DNA of 64,000 nucleotides from the human T2T-CHM13v2.0 reference genome, Homo sapiens (GCA_009914755.4 CP068257.2:15232001-15296000), one strand, 5' to 3'; positions 24,971 to 42,898 are shown, counted from the stretch's first letter. Notes: generated by a model from the sequence alone, not told the origin. Numbers and translations: made by a program.

Positions 24971-27284
24971 TTCTAGTATTTTAGTATAGTCAGATTTTCT
25001 ACAAGCAATAATATATTTATGTTTGTATTAGTTATTTCTCAGTAGGGCCTAGTTTATTTATAAGGAATAATATTTATTTATTCCTCTTGTATTTGGAGCA
25101 ATGGAAAAACATATGAAATTATTTCAGAATATGATTAATGTCTCCCATTTATAAGCTGTAAAGATGGTAATACAGTTATAAATATTTAAAGATAAAAATC
25201 CACAAATATTATAGAGAACTCAATGTTACAAAGTAATAGAAATATTACTGTGAATAGTAATTTAGGAATTTAGGTTAAAATGAATTTGGAATTTGGATCC
25301 ATTGGTGTTTGATCACAGAAGCAGATGACAAGGAGAGATATAGAATAAAGAATTTATTATGAGGTAATCCTTTACACAACTATGGGATCTGATGAGGAAG
25401 ATCATGGAGAAGCTGTTGTACCTGAAGTCTTGTTGGTTGTCAGAGTCAGCAGTTGTGAAGGAGGGCTGCACTGGATAGAGTAGAATTGAGTGGAAATAAA
25501 CTAGGACTCATCAGGATAAACTGGAACTCATGAGGATAAATTAGAACTCAAATCTGATTTTCACAACCTCTAACCTGGCCTAAGGGACCTACAGGAGAAT
25601 GTAGTGCCCTTTGTCACAGAGTTGCTAATGCCCTTGTTCCAGAACGTGAAAATTCCAAAACGGAAGATCCAGTAGGATCTGGAGGGCTTCTCAGCCTGGC
25701 TGCTGCCACATAACAACAAGGTGAGCTAGTAGATGCACAAAAACATGAGAAAGCAGAAGCAATATCTAGTGCCCTACACTGAATTTCAGAAGGTCCACCT
25801 TCTGCTTTACTTCTGCCGTCTGAATTTTTTGCAAATTTCTCTTGCAGCCTGCCCTAACCAGGAACCATACCAGAAGAGCATTTGGAGAAAAGTACTTTCA
25901 GCTTAACCTAAGCTGATACAGAAAAATACATCACCATCAACCTTTTGTCTACTTTTCAAACATATGAACTTCTCTCGATTATATACCCATCATTCAAATA
26001 AAGACAATATTTGAGTCACCAAAAGTGCCGTGCAACCTCCTTTGTCCAACTAATTGCATTATAAACTTTTCTGCAGAAGAAAACACAAGTCCTTTATTGA
26101 TCTTAGGATGGTTTTACTCTTCTTCTAGCTGACATCTTCTTCCATTTCAATATTCCATCACTTAAATATTGATTTTTTCTTGGGGAAAATTTTCATAAGT
26201 ATTGTATATTTCTGCATGTCACCAAAGACATTAACAGCTATTTTACTTTGTACTGTCTTTCCAAGGACATTTGGAAGACAGAAATTGTTACCTCTTAGGA
26301 TAGTAAAAATAGAAGTTATTATTCTAGAGTAAGAAAGAAAATGTTTTTATCCAGAGGGGAGTATAATCCAAGATTTTCCTCTATACAATCTAGGACTCCT
26401 AATATCAGTATTACCTTCCTGCAATGTCTTCAATGCAATGGGCAGGCAACACATAGCTCTCATCACATCACATCATTCTGTAAGAATTGGGGCTTGAATA
26501 ACATTGGGGCACAATACTGTTACTTAGGCTAGTGCTATTGTTGTGAGTAATAAACTGTCTTTTGTCCCTGACCCAGGCATGTCATGTCTTCTGCTAGTAT
26601 CTATGGAACTGGCTAATCTGTTAACTTGCAAGTAGGGTAAAAACTCAGACCCTGAACACTTTCTAGTGACACTGAGATATCAAATTGAAATTAAATCATC
26701 TATATACATGTAACATGCCATATAGTATGAAAATAAGGAAAATGGTTAATGTATCCAGAAAAATATCCATGTGAAAATAATAAAGTAACATTCATAGCTA
26801 TTATGATGCTCTTTTCTACAACTGGTCACATGGTTGTAGCTGATATTTATGACTTTCTTCTGCCATTGCTGATCCATATTTCCTTAGTTCTCACAAAGCT
26901 CTAGTTGGTTGTGGTCTCTTGTCTGTCAGAGTGAGCCAAATCTTCACTGTTGTTCTTAAATTGATACAAAACATTTGTTTGGATTTATGGGGTACATGGG
27001 ATATTTTATTACATGCATAGAATTTGTAATGATCAAGTCAGGGTATTTAGGGTATCATCACCTTAAATGTTTATTATTTCTTTGTGTTGGGAACATTTCA
27101 AGTCCTCTTTTCCAGGTCACTAAAAGGGCCTAATAGACAGAGTACATTTCATCCAACAGCTTCATAATATACATCTTTCTATTTAGTACATAAAATAGTG
27201 TCCAGGATAGGTGACATGTTAAGCCACAAATAGAGTCTTAATAAATTAAAAAAATAGAAACTATGTCAAGTATTTTCTCAAATA

Positions 27285-30935
<3,651 letters not shown>

Positions 30936-33900
30936 TTTCTGAGAAGATTGGATTAGTAGCCAACTTGCCTGATTCAGTTGTAGTATTCTGTTGAATTTAA
31001 TCACAGGACATAAAAATAGTAATAGGATCTCCAGGAAATCTCCAGCATTTCAGACTTAGTCCTCCTTGCCTCTATTATGTAATAGTGACCCAAGTTTCCC
31101 TTGACAGTCATAATTAATCACTCACCCATAAAGTAAACCTCTTGATTCACTGGCATGAGGAAGGCAGGTGGCCAATTTGGCAATGTTAACTCCCTGTTTA
31201 ATGAAACCATTGCTATGTCCCCTATTAGAAGTATTTCTTCCTTGGGAACAAGACTAATATAACCCACAGTTACGCAGATAGAAAACAAATGTTTCCACTA
31301 GAGGAACACTAGACATAGCAGTAAAAAAAAAAATTACTCAATTTTTAGTTCTTGATCCCTGGAACCATTACACCTGGCTTTGAGAGAAAAAACAAAGACA
31401 TCCCAGTAAAAGCATTCTAGAAAAAACAAAGACACCCTGAAAAACATTACCTTAGCCTCATGAACTATTGCCACCAAACTGGTGCCATAACTCAATTATC
31501 AAAAATTTAGTTCAATATTCAATGGGGTAACATGGTGAAGTTAATTGGTTGGATAAGCATAAGCCCATTGCCACATTGCTGTAAAATGAATGTCTGTTTC
31601 AGTGTAAACAAAGAATTGCCTCTTCTTTGACGGAAGAGGGCCTATGTAATCAACCTAATGTCAGATGGCTCACTGATCTTCCAAGATTAGTGCCATATTA
31701 GAGATTCAGTTTTGCTCTTTGCTGCTGGAAGGACAGAGACTCAGAATGGCTGCCACCATATTGACTGTGGTAAGTGAAAGTCCATGTTGCAGTTTCCATG
31801 TATCAACACCATTGTTATTCTGTTTATGGCCTTGGAAAATCACATGGGACAGATATGCATAGAATGAGTCATTGAGTCCCCTGAGTGTCCTCAGTAAGCA
31901 ATCATATGGAATACAATATTTTCATACCTCATATTCCACACCCAAAACTTTTCCTCAGACCTCCTTGTCACCAGTTTTCCAATCACATTTCTTAGAAGTC
32001 TCTAACCATCTTTCCTTCTAGAAAAAATGAATGATGTTGTACTACTTAATGTTCTGCCTCAGAAAGTTTCCTTACACCGCTGTTCCCCAAGGCAACACCA
32101 GAATGGGGCTGTAATAGTTAGTAAAACTATATACTTTATGAACACCCAACTTCAGTATATAAGGGCTCCTTCAGTAATCGATTTATCCTCTTTGTGCTTA
32201 AGTTTCCTCATCTGAAAAAAAATAGAAGTAAAACAGTATTTACATCTGTAACATTTTTGTGAGAGATCAATAATATCATGTGTGTAAATAAGACTGCCTG
32301 GCACTTGATAAAGGCTCAATAAGTGCTAACTGTCATCATTAAATGGTCATCATCATAATTTTGTTATTTTATTAAAATTTAGTTTTAACCTATGATTATT
32401 TAACTTTTTATTCATGTATTTCTGTTTTTTTATGATTGTAAACTCTTAATTATAAAGATCATATTTTATACTTTTAGAATATTAAGAATACCAAGCACAA
32501 AATCCTATGATTACTGACTGATATGTGTTGTATTTAATACACTTGGCTCAATGTACTAGAAATATTAGAAGAATATTTAGAGAGAGAGAAATAAAATGAT
32601 ATTTGTATTAATATATATTACACTAAACATATTATCCCATAGGTACTACTGTTTTATTCATGGCAATATCCTTAGAGTCCGGGGCAAGGATTGGTCCAAA
32701 CTAAGGACTAAATAAATATCAGTGGAATAAATGATGATATGTAGCGTTTTGCAAGATTTGAGGCAAAATTGGAAAGTAACACCATGAATAGTTGAATCTT
32801 TCATTTTGGGCTACAGATCCTTGCCTTGTTCCTTCCAGGATACCAGGTAGCAATGTTAGGGAGTTGGGGAAATAGGTAGAAATCCCTCTGCCAACTTACA
32901 GCCTTTTCAGAGACACAGATACATAAACACATACATATTCATTCATACATGTAAGAGCATACATGTGTAATCACACACAAATGTGTAAGTAACATAGATG
33001 AAAGATTGTAATGTAACATTTCATTATGGCAATTTATAACAAATGAGTGGTGTGTAATGTAGTATTTTATTGAGAGAGGAAAGATTCCTGAGCCTGAAGA
33101 TTTAAGAGTAAGAATTAAGGAAGTACTATTTGAACCAGTACTTGAAGGAATGTGAAGCCAAGAAGAGGCAGAGAGTTCTTAGAGGCAAGAAGACAGATAA
33201 GCAAAATAATTGGAAGTGGAAATTGTCATAGCTTCAAAGAATGTGTTAGTTAAAGAAGAGCTTTTGCACTGAAGGATAGTCAAGATTCATGGTTAGATCT
33301 ATCATTGCTTTTCACATTTAAATACACTCACTGCAACATTAGTGAGAAGCACCCAAAGGCCATCCAGCACCTGTCTGCTGCACTCAGTGTGGTCTTCTCA
33401 CTGCTTCTCAGCTATATGTCTGTATTCAGATGTCATACGCATCCAAAGAGTCAAATATACACAGTCATATACACCATCAGCACAACACATTGGGATGACA
33501 CATATTGTGTCTACTCAGGCAGCCAAATCAATTTGGATCCCAGACTGTAGACAATATACAGAGCCAGCAAACATCCCTCCCAGAATAAAACAGTAAATTT
33601 TCAAGACTGGAATGCAATAAAGGACTATGTTATTAATCCATAGGATTTTCATGAAAAATAAATGTTATTTATTATAGTAACTCTAAGCTCTATCTTTTAT
33701 ATTTTACTAATTCTTCAATTTGAACTCATTTCAAAACAATGGGGGGAAGAGATAAAAAATTTGTTTATCCTGTCTTATCTTCTTTCTAAATATGTGCTGC
33801 CAATTTAATTCCCATTTTGAGTTCTTTTGTGACTACCACGAAGAGTGAGGAGAATTTCTCTCTAATACAGTGTTCTGTACACTGTGTCCTGCCTTTGACG

Positions 33901-36596
33901 TAGAACGTTTCATAATGGTGATCTATTATGACATCAATAATTGTCTGAAATTTCAGTCTACAAAGCCTGAAACTATGAAAGTATAATTAGATTGCCTAGG
34001 GACATCACAAAATCAAATGAAAGCTGGTTTGAACCTAGCTGTCTATTTAACGTTTGGCCAGCAAACAACCAACATGGAAATGAAATACAGAGATATACAT
34101 AAAATAGATGAGACTGCACTATCAAATCTCCTGAACTAGCTCTGGGTTCTCAAGTAGTGGGTATCTGCTGTGTAATTTGCCCAAATTCTACTGCTTTCCC
34201 TCAGAAACAGCTTTATAAGTGTGTCATTTATTTCAGATGTTGGCTGATTTCCAAATGAAAATGGTCAATATTTAGCTAATGAGTTTAAACTGAAGTGAAA
34301 GTGAGTTGGGGTAATCTTATTTGGTTTGGTTATGATTGAGAACACATGCAGAACACAAATTCTTGAATTAAAAAAATACTTTGAAACTGATAGCTTTAAA
34401 TATCACTAGGATATATATTTCAGTACAGCTAGGCCCTGTTTATACAGTAGATATAATTATCAGATCCTGCTTTTAGAATGTTGGCCACTGCCACCATCCC
34501 TGAAGACTTGTATCCTTTTAAAAGTACTTAGGATGGTTGAACCAAAGAATATCAGATCTGGAAAAATGAAGTTAGTGTTTATTTAGGCCTCATTTTAGAG
34601 AGGGGCAAATTGTCACCCTAAGAAGTTTAGCATTGCACTATGTAACAAAAGTCCTAAGAAGAGAAGGTGGAACAAAATTCCTTGGGAATTCTAGGATAGT
34701 GATTATTTTGGCAGAACACAGGTTCCTAAAATAAGGAGGCAGCTGCTTTGAGATGAGGCTTCTTGGTGGGAGTCATTGGGATTTGGGTGGTTTGCCAATG
34801 CCAGACCAATGACAAAAGTGAGGGTTTAATTTTTATAGAAAATTGCTTTTCTTATTCTAGTGACCTTCCTTTTTTCCCTAAATATTGTGACCAATATGAC
34901 TGCAAGGTATCCAGTGGAAGTACTTTCCAGTTTTCTGGATGGGAATAAAGTCAAGGGCACATACCCCCATGCAAGCGAAGTTGATATATGTTTGACAGCT
35001 CATGATAGATTTCAAGGAAATAAATTTCTCCTGCATTCTAATCTAAATTGTATCTTTTGCATTGTCAACGTTTTTCCCTGCCAAGCCCTCTTTTCAGAAA
35101 TGCTTTTACAGAGTAGAAGTGACTAACTAGAATGTCATCTTGTTTTCTTCACCCTCTCTTTTCCTTGCTTTGTTATTTGGTCCACAAATCTAGCCTTAAA
35201 ACCACTGAAATGGTTTCAGTCATTTGTCTTGTAAACTGTGCTACTCTGAGGAATCGTTTACAAAATTCCTTGCACATATTTGTAAGTTTATTTCTAAGTT
35301 ACTCTTAAAAATAGATCAAAAGTTAAGATTGTTTAAAATCTTAACTACAGTCAAAACTTCTGTAAATGTTTTACCTGTTTATATTTCACTAACAATACAT
35401 AAGAGTTAGTACCTGTTAACCTCCCCACATTTGCATATCCATACAAACACAGTATATTTTCTCTCATTATCAGTGTTTGACTTATTTTCCTATATTTAAT
35501 GGTACTGGATGCCTTTTCACATTCTCTGTTCATTTTTCTAAACGTCCTTCATCAAATACTAGTTAAATACATTCTGTGTAAACGTTCAATAAAATAATGG
35601 GCAGTCATTAATAAAAGGTGGGAAATTCTGTATGACCTAATATGGGAAACCCCCAATATATAGCTAACATTAGTTTTCTCAGCAATGTGTATACATCCAT
35701 GCTTGTATGAGCGGAAAGTATCTCTGAAATGATCTACATGAAACTGGAAAGCATGCACGCTTCTGGGATGACACACGGTGGATTCAGAGGCAGGGCTAGG
35801 AGGAAAACTTGCTTTTCACAATATCATGTGTTAACTTTTGATTTCTTTTGATTTTACCATATATATTATTACCAATTTAAATAAAAAACAGTAATATCCA
35901 CAAAATTGAAAAAATGGCTTATAAAATGGAAATAGTGAGGAGCAAAGTAGGGTGAAATCAAAGAGCTGTTAGTGACTCTTTGTCCAAGCACCTAGTGATG
36001 GCTGAAAACAGATTGTCGGTTGTGACTGTCAGTGAACAGCCAGAGGGCGATGTGATCAGGGCCTGCTGTGTTGGCATCCTTATCCTATGGTGACTGGTAA
36101 TTCCAGTCACCCTTGGTCAACTCCCATCCTCCCTTGCAGAAACCCTGAGGCACACAAGTAGCACAAAGTTTTCCAAAGGCCTACCTAGTCGTGAATCTTT
36201 CTCAGAGAAGCAAAACAAAACAACAAGTAAGTCAAATCCAAATCATGTGCAATAAATTTTGTTTCTGTACTTGTCTAAAAATCATGTAACACTCTGTGAT
36301 ATATTTTCTTATAAGATGAACACCATAATTAAAGTATGAATTATTTGTTTATGTTTCTAATAATAACAGAAATAAATTAAAAGTACAAGGAATTTCAAGC
36401 AAACATAAAAGGTGAAATCACCTATAATCCCAGCTTACACAGATATCAAATATTAATATTTTCATATCTCATACATATGCATATGTACATTATATGCTTT
36501 ATATGCTCCATGTGTTTTAAATGTTTACATGTATAAGTACTTTAATGTTTGTATACTTATTTATTTTTTTCTTTTTTCTTTTTATTTATTTATTTA

Positions 36597-36884
<288 letters not shown>

Positions 36885-36991
36885 TCATTTATTTTTACAT
36901 ACTTGAGATAATGCTTTTTAAAAAACATATTTACAAATAGATACAGCCAGTTATCACAGGAAATGCTTTTAAAAGTAAAATTTATGTTGAG

Positions 36992-37394
36992 TGTCAGGCC
37001 TCTGAGCCCAAGCTAAGCCATCATATCCCCTGTGACCTGCACGTACACATCCAGATGGCTGGTTCCTGCCTTAACTGATGACATTCCACCACCAAAGAAA
37101 TGAAAATGGCCTGTTCCTGCCTTAACTGATGGCATTATCTTGTGAAATTCCTTCTCCTGGCTCATCCTGGCTCAAAATCTCCCCTACTGAGCACCTTGTG
37201 ACCCCCACTCCAGCCTGCCAGAGAACAATCCCCCTTTTTCCTTTACCTACCCAAATCCTATAAAAGGGCCCCACCCCATCTCCCTTCCTTGACTCTCTTT
37301 TCGGACTCAGCCCATCTGCACCCAGGTGAAATAAACAGCTTTATTGCTCACACAAAGCCTGCTTGGAGGTCTCTTCACACGGACGCGCATGAAA
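36992..37394 (+). promoter_or_regulatory. HERV-H 5' LTR (LTR7-type) of provirus 2, followed by a perfect tRNA-His PBS
   Basis: Same architecture as provirus 1: duplicated ggttcctgccttaactgatg(a/g)cat motif, tataaaagggccccacccc, gtgaaataaacagctttattgctc. Confidence 0.9.
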
Positions 37395-37414
37395 TTTGGT
37401 GCCGTGACTCGGAT
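37395..37414 (+). promoter_or_regulatory. Intact tRNA-His primer-binding site of provirus 2
   Basis: tttggtgccgtgactcggat is a perfect match to the canonical HERV-H PBS (TGGTGCCGTGACTCGGAT, complementary to the tRNA-His 3' end). Confidence 0.9.
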
Positions 37415-37859
37415 CAGGTGAACTCCCCTGGGAGATCAATCCCCTGTCCTCCTGCTCTTTGCTCCATGAGAAAGATCCACCTACGACCTCTGGTCCTCAG
37501 ACCAGCCAGCCCAAGGAACATCTCACCAATTTTAAATCTGGTAAGCGGCCTGTTTTTACCCTCTTCTCCAATCTCTCTCACTATCCCTCAACCTCTTTCT
37601 CCTTTCAATCTTGGTGCCACACTTCAATCTCTCCCTTCTCTTAATGTCAACTCCTTTCATTTTCTGGTAGAGACAAATGAGACACATTTTATCCATGGAC
37701 CCAAAACTCTGGCACCGGTCACAGACTCAGGAAGGCAGACTTCCCTTGGTGTTTAATCATTGCAGGGACACCTCTCTGATTATTCACCCACATTTCAGAG
37801 GTGTCAGACCACGCAGGGACGCCTGCCTTGGTCCTTCACCCTTAGCGGCAAGTCCCGCT

Positions 37860-38045
37860 TTTCTGGGAGAGGGGCAGGAACCCCAACCTCTTATCTCTGC
37901 ACCCCGATCCCATATTTCCATGCCCCGACCTCTTATCTCTGCACCCTGATCCCTTATTTCTGAGCCCCGACCTCTTATCTCTGTGCCCCAACCCCTTATT
38001 TCTGCACGCTGACCCCTTCTCTGCTTTTCTGGAGGGCAAGAATCC
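37860..38045 (+). repeat. Internal minisatellite-like array in the HERV-H leader, provirus 2 copy (shorter than in provirus 1)
   Basis: ccccaacctcttatctctgcaccccgatcccatatttccatgccccgacctcttatctctgcaccctgatcccttatttctgagccccgacctcttatctctgtgccccaaccccttatttctgcac. The 21-nt periodicity shows in the supplied minus-strand ORF at 37784-38050 as a repeated AEIRG(R/W)G heptad. Confidence 0.8.
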
Positions 38046-39002
38046 CCCACCCCTTCTCCGTGTCTCTACTCCCTTTTCTCTGGACTTGCCTCCTTCACTA
38101 TGGGCAAGCTTCCACCTTCCATTCCTCCTTCTTCTCCCTTAGCCTGTGTTTTTAAGAACTTAAAACCTCTTCAAATCTCACCTGACCTAAAATCTAAGCA
38201 TCTTATTTTCTTCTGCAATGCCACTTGATCCCAATACAAACTCGACAGTAGTTCCAAATATCTGGAAAATGGCATTTTCAATTTTTCCATCCTACAAGAT
38301 CTAAATAATTCTTGAATAGGCAAAGGCTCTGAGATGCCTGATGTCCAGGCATTCTTTTACACATCAGTCCCTCCCTAGTCTCTGTTCCCAATGCAACTCA
38401 TCCCAAATCTTCCTTCTTTCCCTCCCACCTGTCCCCTCAGTCCCAACCCCAAGTTTCGCTGAGTCTTTCTAATCATCCTTTTCTACAGACCCATCTGACC
38501 TCTCCCCTCCTCACCAGGCTGAGCTAGGTCCCAATTCTTCCTCAGCCTCTGCTCCTCCACCCTATAATCCTTTTATCACCTCCCCTCCTCACACCCTTGT
38601 CTGGCTTACAGTTTTGTTCAGTGACTAGCCCTTTCCCACCTGCCCAGCAATTTACTCTTAAAAAGGTGGCTGGAGCTAAAGGCATAGTCAAGGTTAATGC
38701 TCCTTTTTTTTTATCCCAAATCAGATAGCGTTTAGTCTCTTTTTCATCAAATATAAAAATCCAGCCCAGTTCATGGCTCATTTGGCAGCAACCCTGAGAT
38801 GCTTTACAGCCCTAGACTCTAAAAGGTCAAGAGGCCGTCTTATTCTCAATACACATTTTATTAACCAATCTGCTACTGACATTAAATAAAACTCCAAAAA
38901 TTGAATTCCAGACCTCAAACCCCACAAGAGGACTTAACTAACCCCACCTTCAAGGTGTACAATAATAGAGTAGAGGCAACCAAGTAGCAACATATTTCTG
39001 AG

Positions 39003-39332
39003 TTGCAATTCCTTGCCTCCACTGTGAGACAAACCCCAGCCACATCTCCAGCACACAAGAACTTCCAAACGCCTAAACCGCAGTGGCCAGGCATTGCTCC
39101 AGAACCTCCTCCCCCAGGAGCTTGCTACAAGTGCCAGAAATCTGGCCACCAGGCCAAGGAATGCCCGCAGCCTGGGATTCCTCCTAAGCCATGTCCCATC
39201 TGTGCGGGACCCCACTGGAAATTGGACTGTTCAACTCACCTGGTAGCCACTCCCAGGGCCCCTGGAACTCTGGCCCAAGGCTCTCTGACTGACTCCTTCC
39301 CAGATCTTCTCAGCTTAGCGGCTGAAGACTGA
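39003..39332 (+). pseudogene. HERV-H gag nucleocapsid remnant of provirus 2 (CCHC knuckles)
   Basis: …GACYKCQKSGHQAKECPQPGIPPKPCPICAGPHWKLDC…. Confidence 0.8.
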
Positions 39333-39864
39333 CACTGCCCGATCGCCTCAGAAGCCCTGTAGACCATCACGGACGCCGAGCTTTAGGTAACTCTCACAGT
39401 GGAGGGTAAGTCCGTCCCTTCTTAATCAATACGGAGGCTACCCACTCCACATTACCTTCTTTTCTAGGGCCTGTTTCCCTTGCCTCCATAACTGTTGTGG
39501 GTATTGACAGCCAGGTTTCTCAACCTCTTAAAACTCCCCAACTCTGGTGCCAACTTAGACAATACTCTTTTAAGCACTCCTTTTAATTATCCCCACCTGC
39601 CCAGTTCCTTTATTAGGCCGAGACACTTCAACTAAATTATCTGCTTCCCTGACTATTTCTGGACTACAGCTACTTCTCATTGCTGCCCTTCTTCCCAATC
39701 CAAAGCCTCCTTTTCGTCCTCCTCTTGTATCCCCCGACCTTAACCCACAAGTAAAAGATATCTCTACTCCCTCCTGGGCAACCGATCATGTACACCTCAC
39801 CGTCTCATTAAAACCTTATCACCCTTACCCTGCTCAATGCCAATATCCCATCCCACACCATGCT

Positions 39865-40823
39865 TTGAAAGGATTAAAGCCTGTTATCACTCGCCTGCTA
39901 CAGCATGGCCTTTTAAAGCCTATAAACTCTCCTTACAATTCCCACATTTTACCTGTCCTAAAACCAGACAAGCCTTACAAGTTAGTTCAGGATCTATGCC
40001 TTATCAACCCAATTGTTTTGCCTATCCACCCCATGGTGCCAAACCCATATACTCTCCTATCCTCAATACCTCCCTCCACAATCCATTATTCTGTTCTGGA
40101 TCTCAAACATGCTTTCTTTACTATTCCTTTGCACCCTTCATCCCAGCCTCTCTTTGCTTTCACCTGGACTGACCCTGACATTCATCAAGCTCAGCAAATT
40201 ACCTAGGCTGTACTGCAGCAAAGCTTCACAGACAGCCCCCATTACTTCAGTCAAGCCCAAATTTCTTCCTCATATATTACCTATCTCAGCATAATTCTCA
40301 TGAAAACACATGTGCTCTCTCTCCTGATCGTGTCTGGCTAATCTCCCAAACCCCAATCCCTTGTACAAAACAACAACTCCTTTCCTTCCTAGGCATGGTT
40401 GGATACTTTTGCCTTTGGATACCTGGTTTTGCCATCCTAACAAAACCATTATATAAACTCACAAAAGGAAACCTAGCTGACCCCACAGTTCCTAAATCCT
40501 TTCCCCACTCCTCTTTCCATTCCTTGAAGACAGCTTTAGAGACTGCCCCCACCCTAGCTCTCCCTGACTCATCCCAACCCTTTTCATTACACACAGCCGA
40601 AGTGCAGGGCTGTGTAGTCAGAATTCTTACACAAGGACCGGGATCGCATCCTGTAGTCTTTTTGTCCAAACAACTTGACCTTACTGTTTTAGGCTGGCCA
40701 TCATGTCTCCGTGCGGCGGCTGCTGCCACCCCAATGCTTTTAGAGGCTCTTAAAATCACAAACTATGCTCAACTCTCTACAGCTCTCATAATTTCCAAAA
40801 TCCATTTTCTTCCAAACACCTGA
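39865..40823 (+). pseudogene. HERV-H pol RT remnant of provirus 2, split across ORFs 39865-40206 and 40395-40823, with a deletion of about 170 bp removing the YXDD region
   Basis: …VLDLKHAFFTIPLHPSSQPLFAFTWTDPDIHQAQQIT… then a stop. Aligned to provirus 1, the segment from …tacttcag(c/t)caagc to …tcaaatttcttc is missing. Confidence 0.75.
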
Positions 40824-42345
40824 CACATATACTTTCTGCTCCCCGGCTCCTTCAGCTGTACTCACTCTTTGTTGAGTCTCCCACAATTACCATTGTTCCT
40901 GGTGCGGACTTCAATCTGGCCTCCTACATTATTCCTGATACCACACCTGACCCTCATGACTGCATCTCTCTGATCCACCTGACATTCACCCCATTTCCCC
41001 ACATTTCCTTCTTCCCTGTTTCTCACCCTGATCACACTTGGTTTATTGATGGCAGTTCCACCAGGCCTAATCACCACACACCAGCAAAGGCAGGCTATGC
41101 TATAGTAGAAGCCACTAGCCTGCTTCTTATAACCTCTCATTTCCTTTCCATCATGGAACTCTATCCTCAAGGAAATAACTTCTCAGTGTTCCATCTGCTA
41201 TTCTACTACTCCTCAGGGATTATTCAGGCCCCCTCCCTTCCCTACACATCAAGCTCAGGGATTTGCCCCCACCCAGGACTGGCAAATTAGCTTTACTCAA
41301 CATGCCCCGAGTCAGGAAACTAAAATACCTCTTGGTCTAGGTAGACACTTTCACTGGACGGCTAGAGGCCTTTCCCACAGGGTCTGAGAAGGGCACCACA
41401 GTCATTTCTTCCCTTCTGTCACACACAATTACTCAGTTTGGCCTTCCCACCTCTATACAATCCGATAGCACACCGGCCTTTATTAGTCAAACCAGCCAAG
41501 CAGTTTTTCAGGCTCTTGGTATACAGTGAAACCTTTATATCCCTTACAGTCCTCAGTCTTCAGGAAAGGTAGAACGGACTAATGGTCTTTTAAAAACACA
41601 CCTCACCAAGCTCAGCCACCAACTTAAAAAGGACTGGACAATATTTTTACCTCTTTCTTTTCTCAGAATTTAGGCCTGTCCTCAGAATGCTACAGGGTAC
41701 AGCCTATTTGAGCTCCTGTATGGACGCTTCCTTTTTATTAAGACCCAGTCTCATTCCAGACACCAGACCAACTTGGACTCTGCCCCAAAAAACTTGTCAT
41801 CCCTACTATCTTCTGTCTAGTCATGCTCCTATTCACAGTTCTCAACTACTCATACATGCCCTGCTCTTGTTTACACTGCCAGTTTACACTGTTTCTCCAA
41901 GCCATCACAGCTGATATTGGTGCTATCGCCAAACTGCCACTTTTAACTCTTGAAGTCAATAAATAATCTTTGCTGGCAGGACTATGCTGAATCCCCTTAG
42001 GCACTCTCTAATTAGATGTCCTGGGTCTTCCCAATTCTTAGGCCTTTAATACCTGTTTTTCTCCTTCTCTTATTCCGTTTAGTTTTTCAATTCATACAAA
42101 ACCGTATCCAGACCATCACCAATAATTCTACATGACAAATGTTTCTTCTAACAACCCCACAATATCACCCCTTACCACAAAATCTTCCTTCAGCTTCATC
42201 TCTCCCACTCTAGGTTCCCACGCCTCCCCTAATCCCGCTCGAAGCAACCCTGAGAAACATCGCCCATTCTCTCTCCATACCATCACCCAAAATTTTCACC
42301 ATCCCAACACTTTACCATTATTTTGTTTTATTTTTCTTATTAACA

Positions 42346-42359
42346 TAAGAAGACAGGAA
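42346..42359 (+). promoter_or_regulatory. Polypurine tract of provirus 2
   Basis: taagaagacaggaa immediately 5' of the 3' LTR. Confidence 0.75.
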
Positions 42360-42764
42360 TGTTAGGCCTCTGAGCCCAAGCTAAGCCGTCATATCCCCTG
42401 TGACCTGCACGTACACATCCAGATGGCCGGTTCCTGCCTTCACTGATGACATTCCACCACAAAAGAAGTGAAAATGGCCTGTTCCTGCCTTAACTGATGG
42501 CATTATCTTGTGAAATTCCTTTTCCTCGCTCATCCTGGCTCAAAAGCTCCTCTACTGAGCACCTTGTGACCCCCCACTCCTGCCTGCCAGAGAACAACCT
42601 CCCTTTTTCCTTTACCTAACCAAATCCTATAAAAGGGCCCCACCCCTATCTCCCTTCGCTGACTCTCTTTTTGGACTCAGCCCACCTGCACCCAGGTGAA
42701 ATAAACAGCTTTATTGCTCACACAAAGCCTGTTTGATGGTCTCTTCATACAGACGCGAGTGAAA
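42360..42764 (+). repeat. HERV-H 3' LTR (LTR7-type) of provirus 2
   Basis: TGTTAGGCCTCTGAGCCCAAGCTAAGCCGTCATATCCCC…CAGACGCGAGTGAAA, followed by the TTGAG duplication. Confidence 0.9.
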
Positions 42765-42895
42765 TTGAGGTCGAAAGAATTTAGGGTTATTCTATTATGT
42801 GTAAGTATGACTGTTGAGGCTGTTTTCTCATTTGTATGGCGTTTGGCAAGGTTTGATATTAGGTTTAATGCTAGTTTTGGAAAAGCAATTTGGAA

Positions 42896-42898
<3 letters not shown>

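Larger units (their letters stand above)
36992..42764 (+). mobile_element. HERV-H provirus 2 (RTVL-H-type deleted form, 5773 bp): LTR7 - PBS(His) - gag/pro/pol remnants - PPT - LTR7, with 5-bp target-site duplication TTGAG
   Basis: 5' LTR TGTCAGGCCTCTGAGCCCAAGC…CACACGGACGCGCATGAAA (36992-37394). 3' LTR TGTTAGGCCTCTGAGCCCAAGC…CATACAGACGCGAGTGAAA (42360-42764). TTGAG occurs at 36987-36991 and 42765-42769. Confidence 0.93.

Noticed and set aside
32900-33000. Purine/pyrimidine-alternating low-complexity tract (acatacatattcattcatacatgtaag…cacacacaaatgtg)
   Set aside because: This is simple-sequence decay with no consistent unit and is not a functional repeat array.
37784-38050. A minus-strand ORF encoding a striking AEIRG(R/W)G heptad-repeat protein
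   Set aside because: It is the translation of the 21-nt-periodic leader minisatellite of HERV-H on the non-coding strand, so it is a repeat artefact and not a gene.
40298-40759. A 153-aa antisense ORF inside provirus 2 pol with a similar 116-aa antisense ORF in provirus 1 (18747-19097), apparently conserved between copies
   Set aside because: Both lie on the reverse strand of the pyrimidine-rich HERV-H pol region, where stop codons are depleted by base composition. Conservation between copies simply reflects shared HERV-H ancestry. There is no start context and no recognisable domain.
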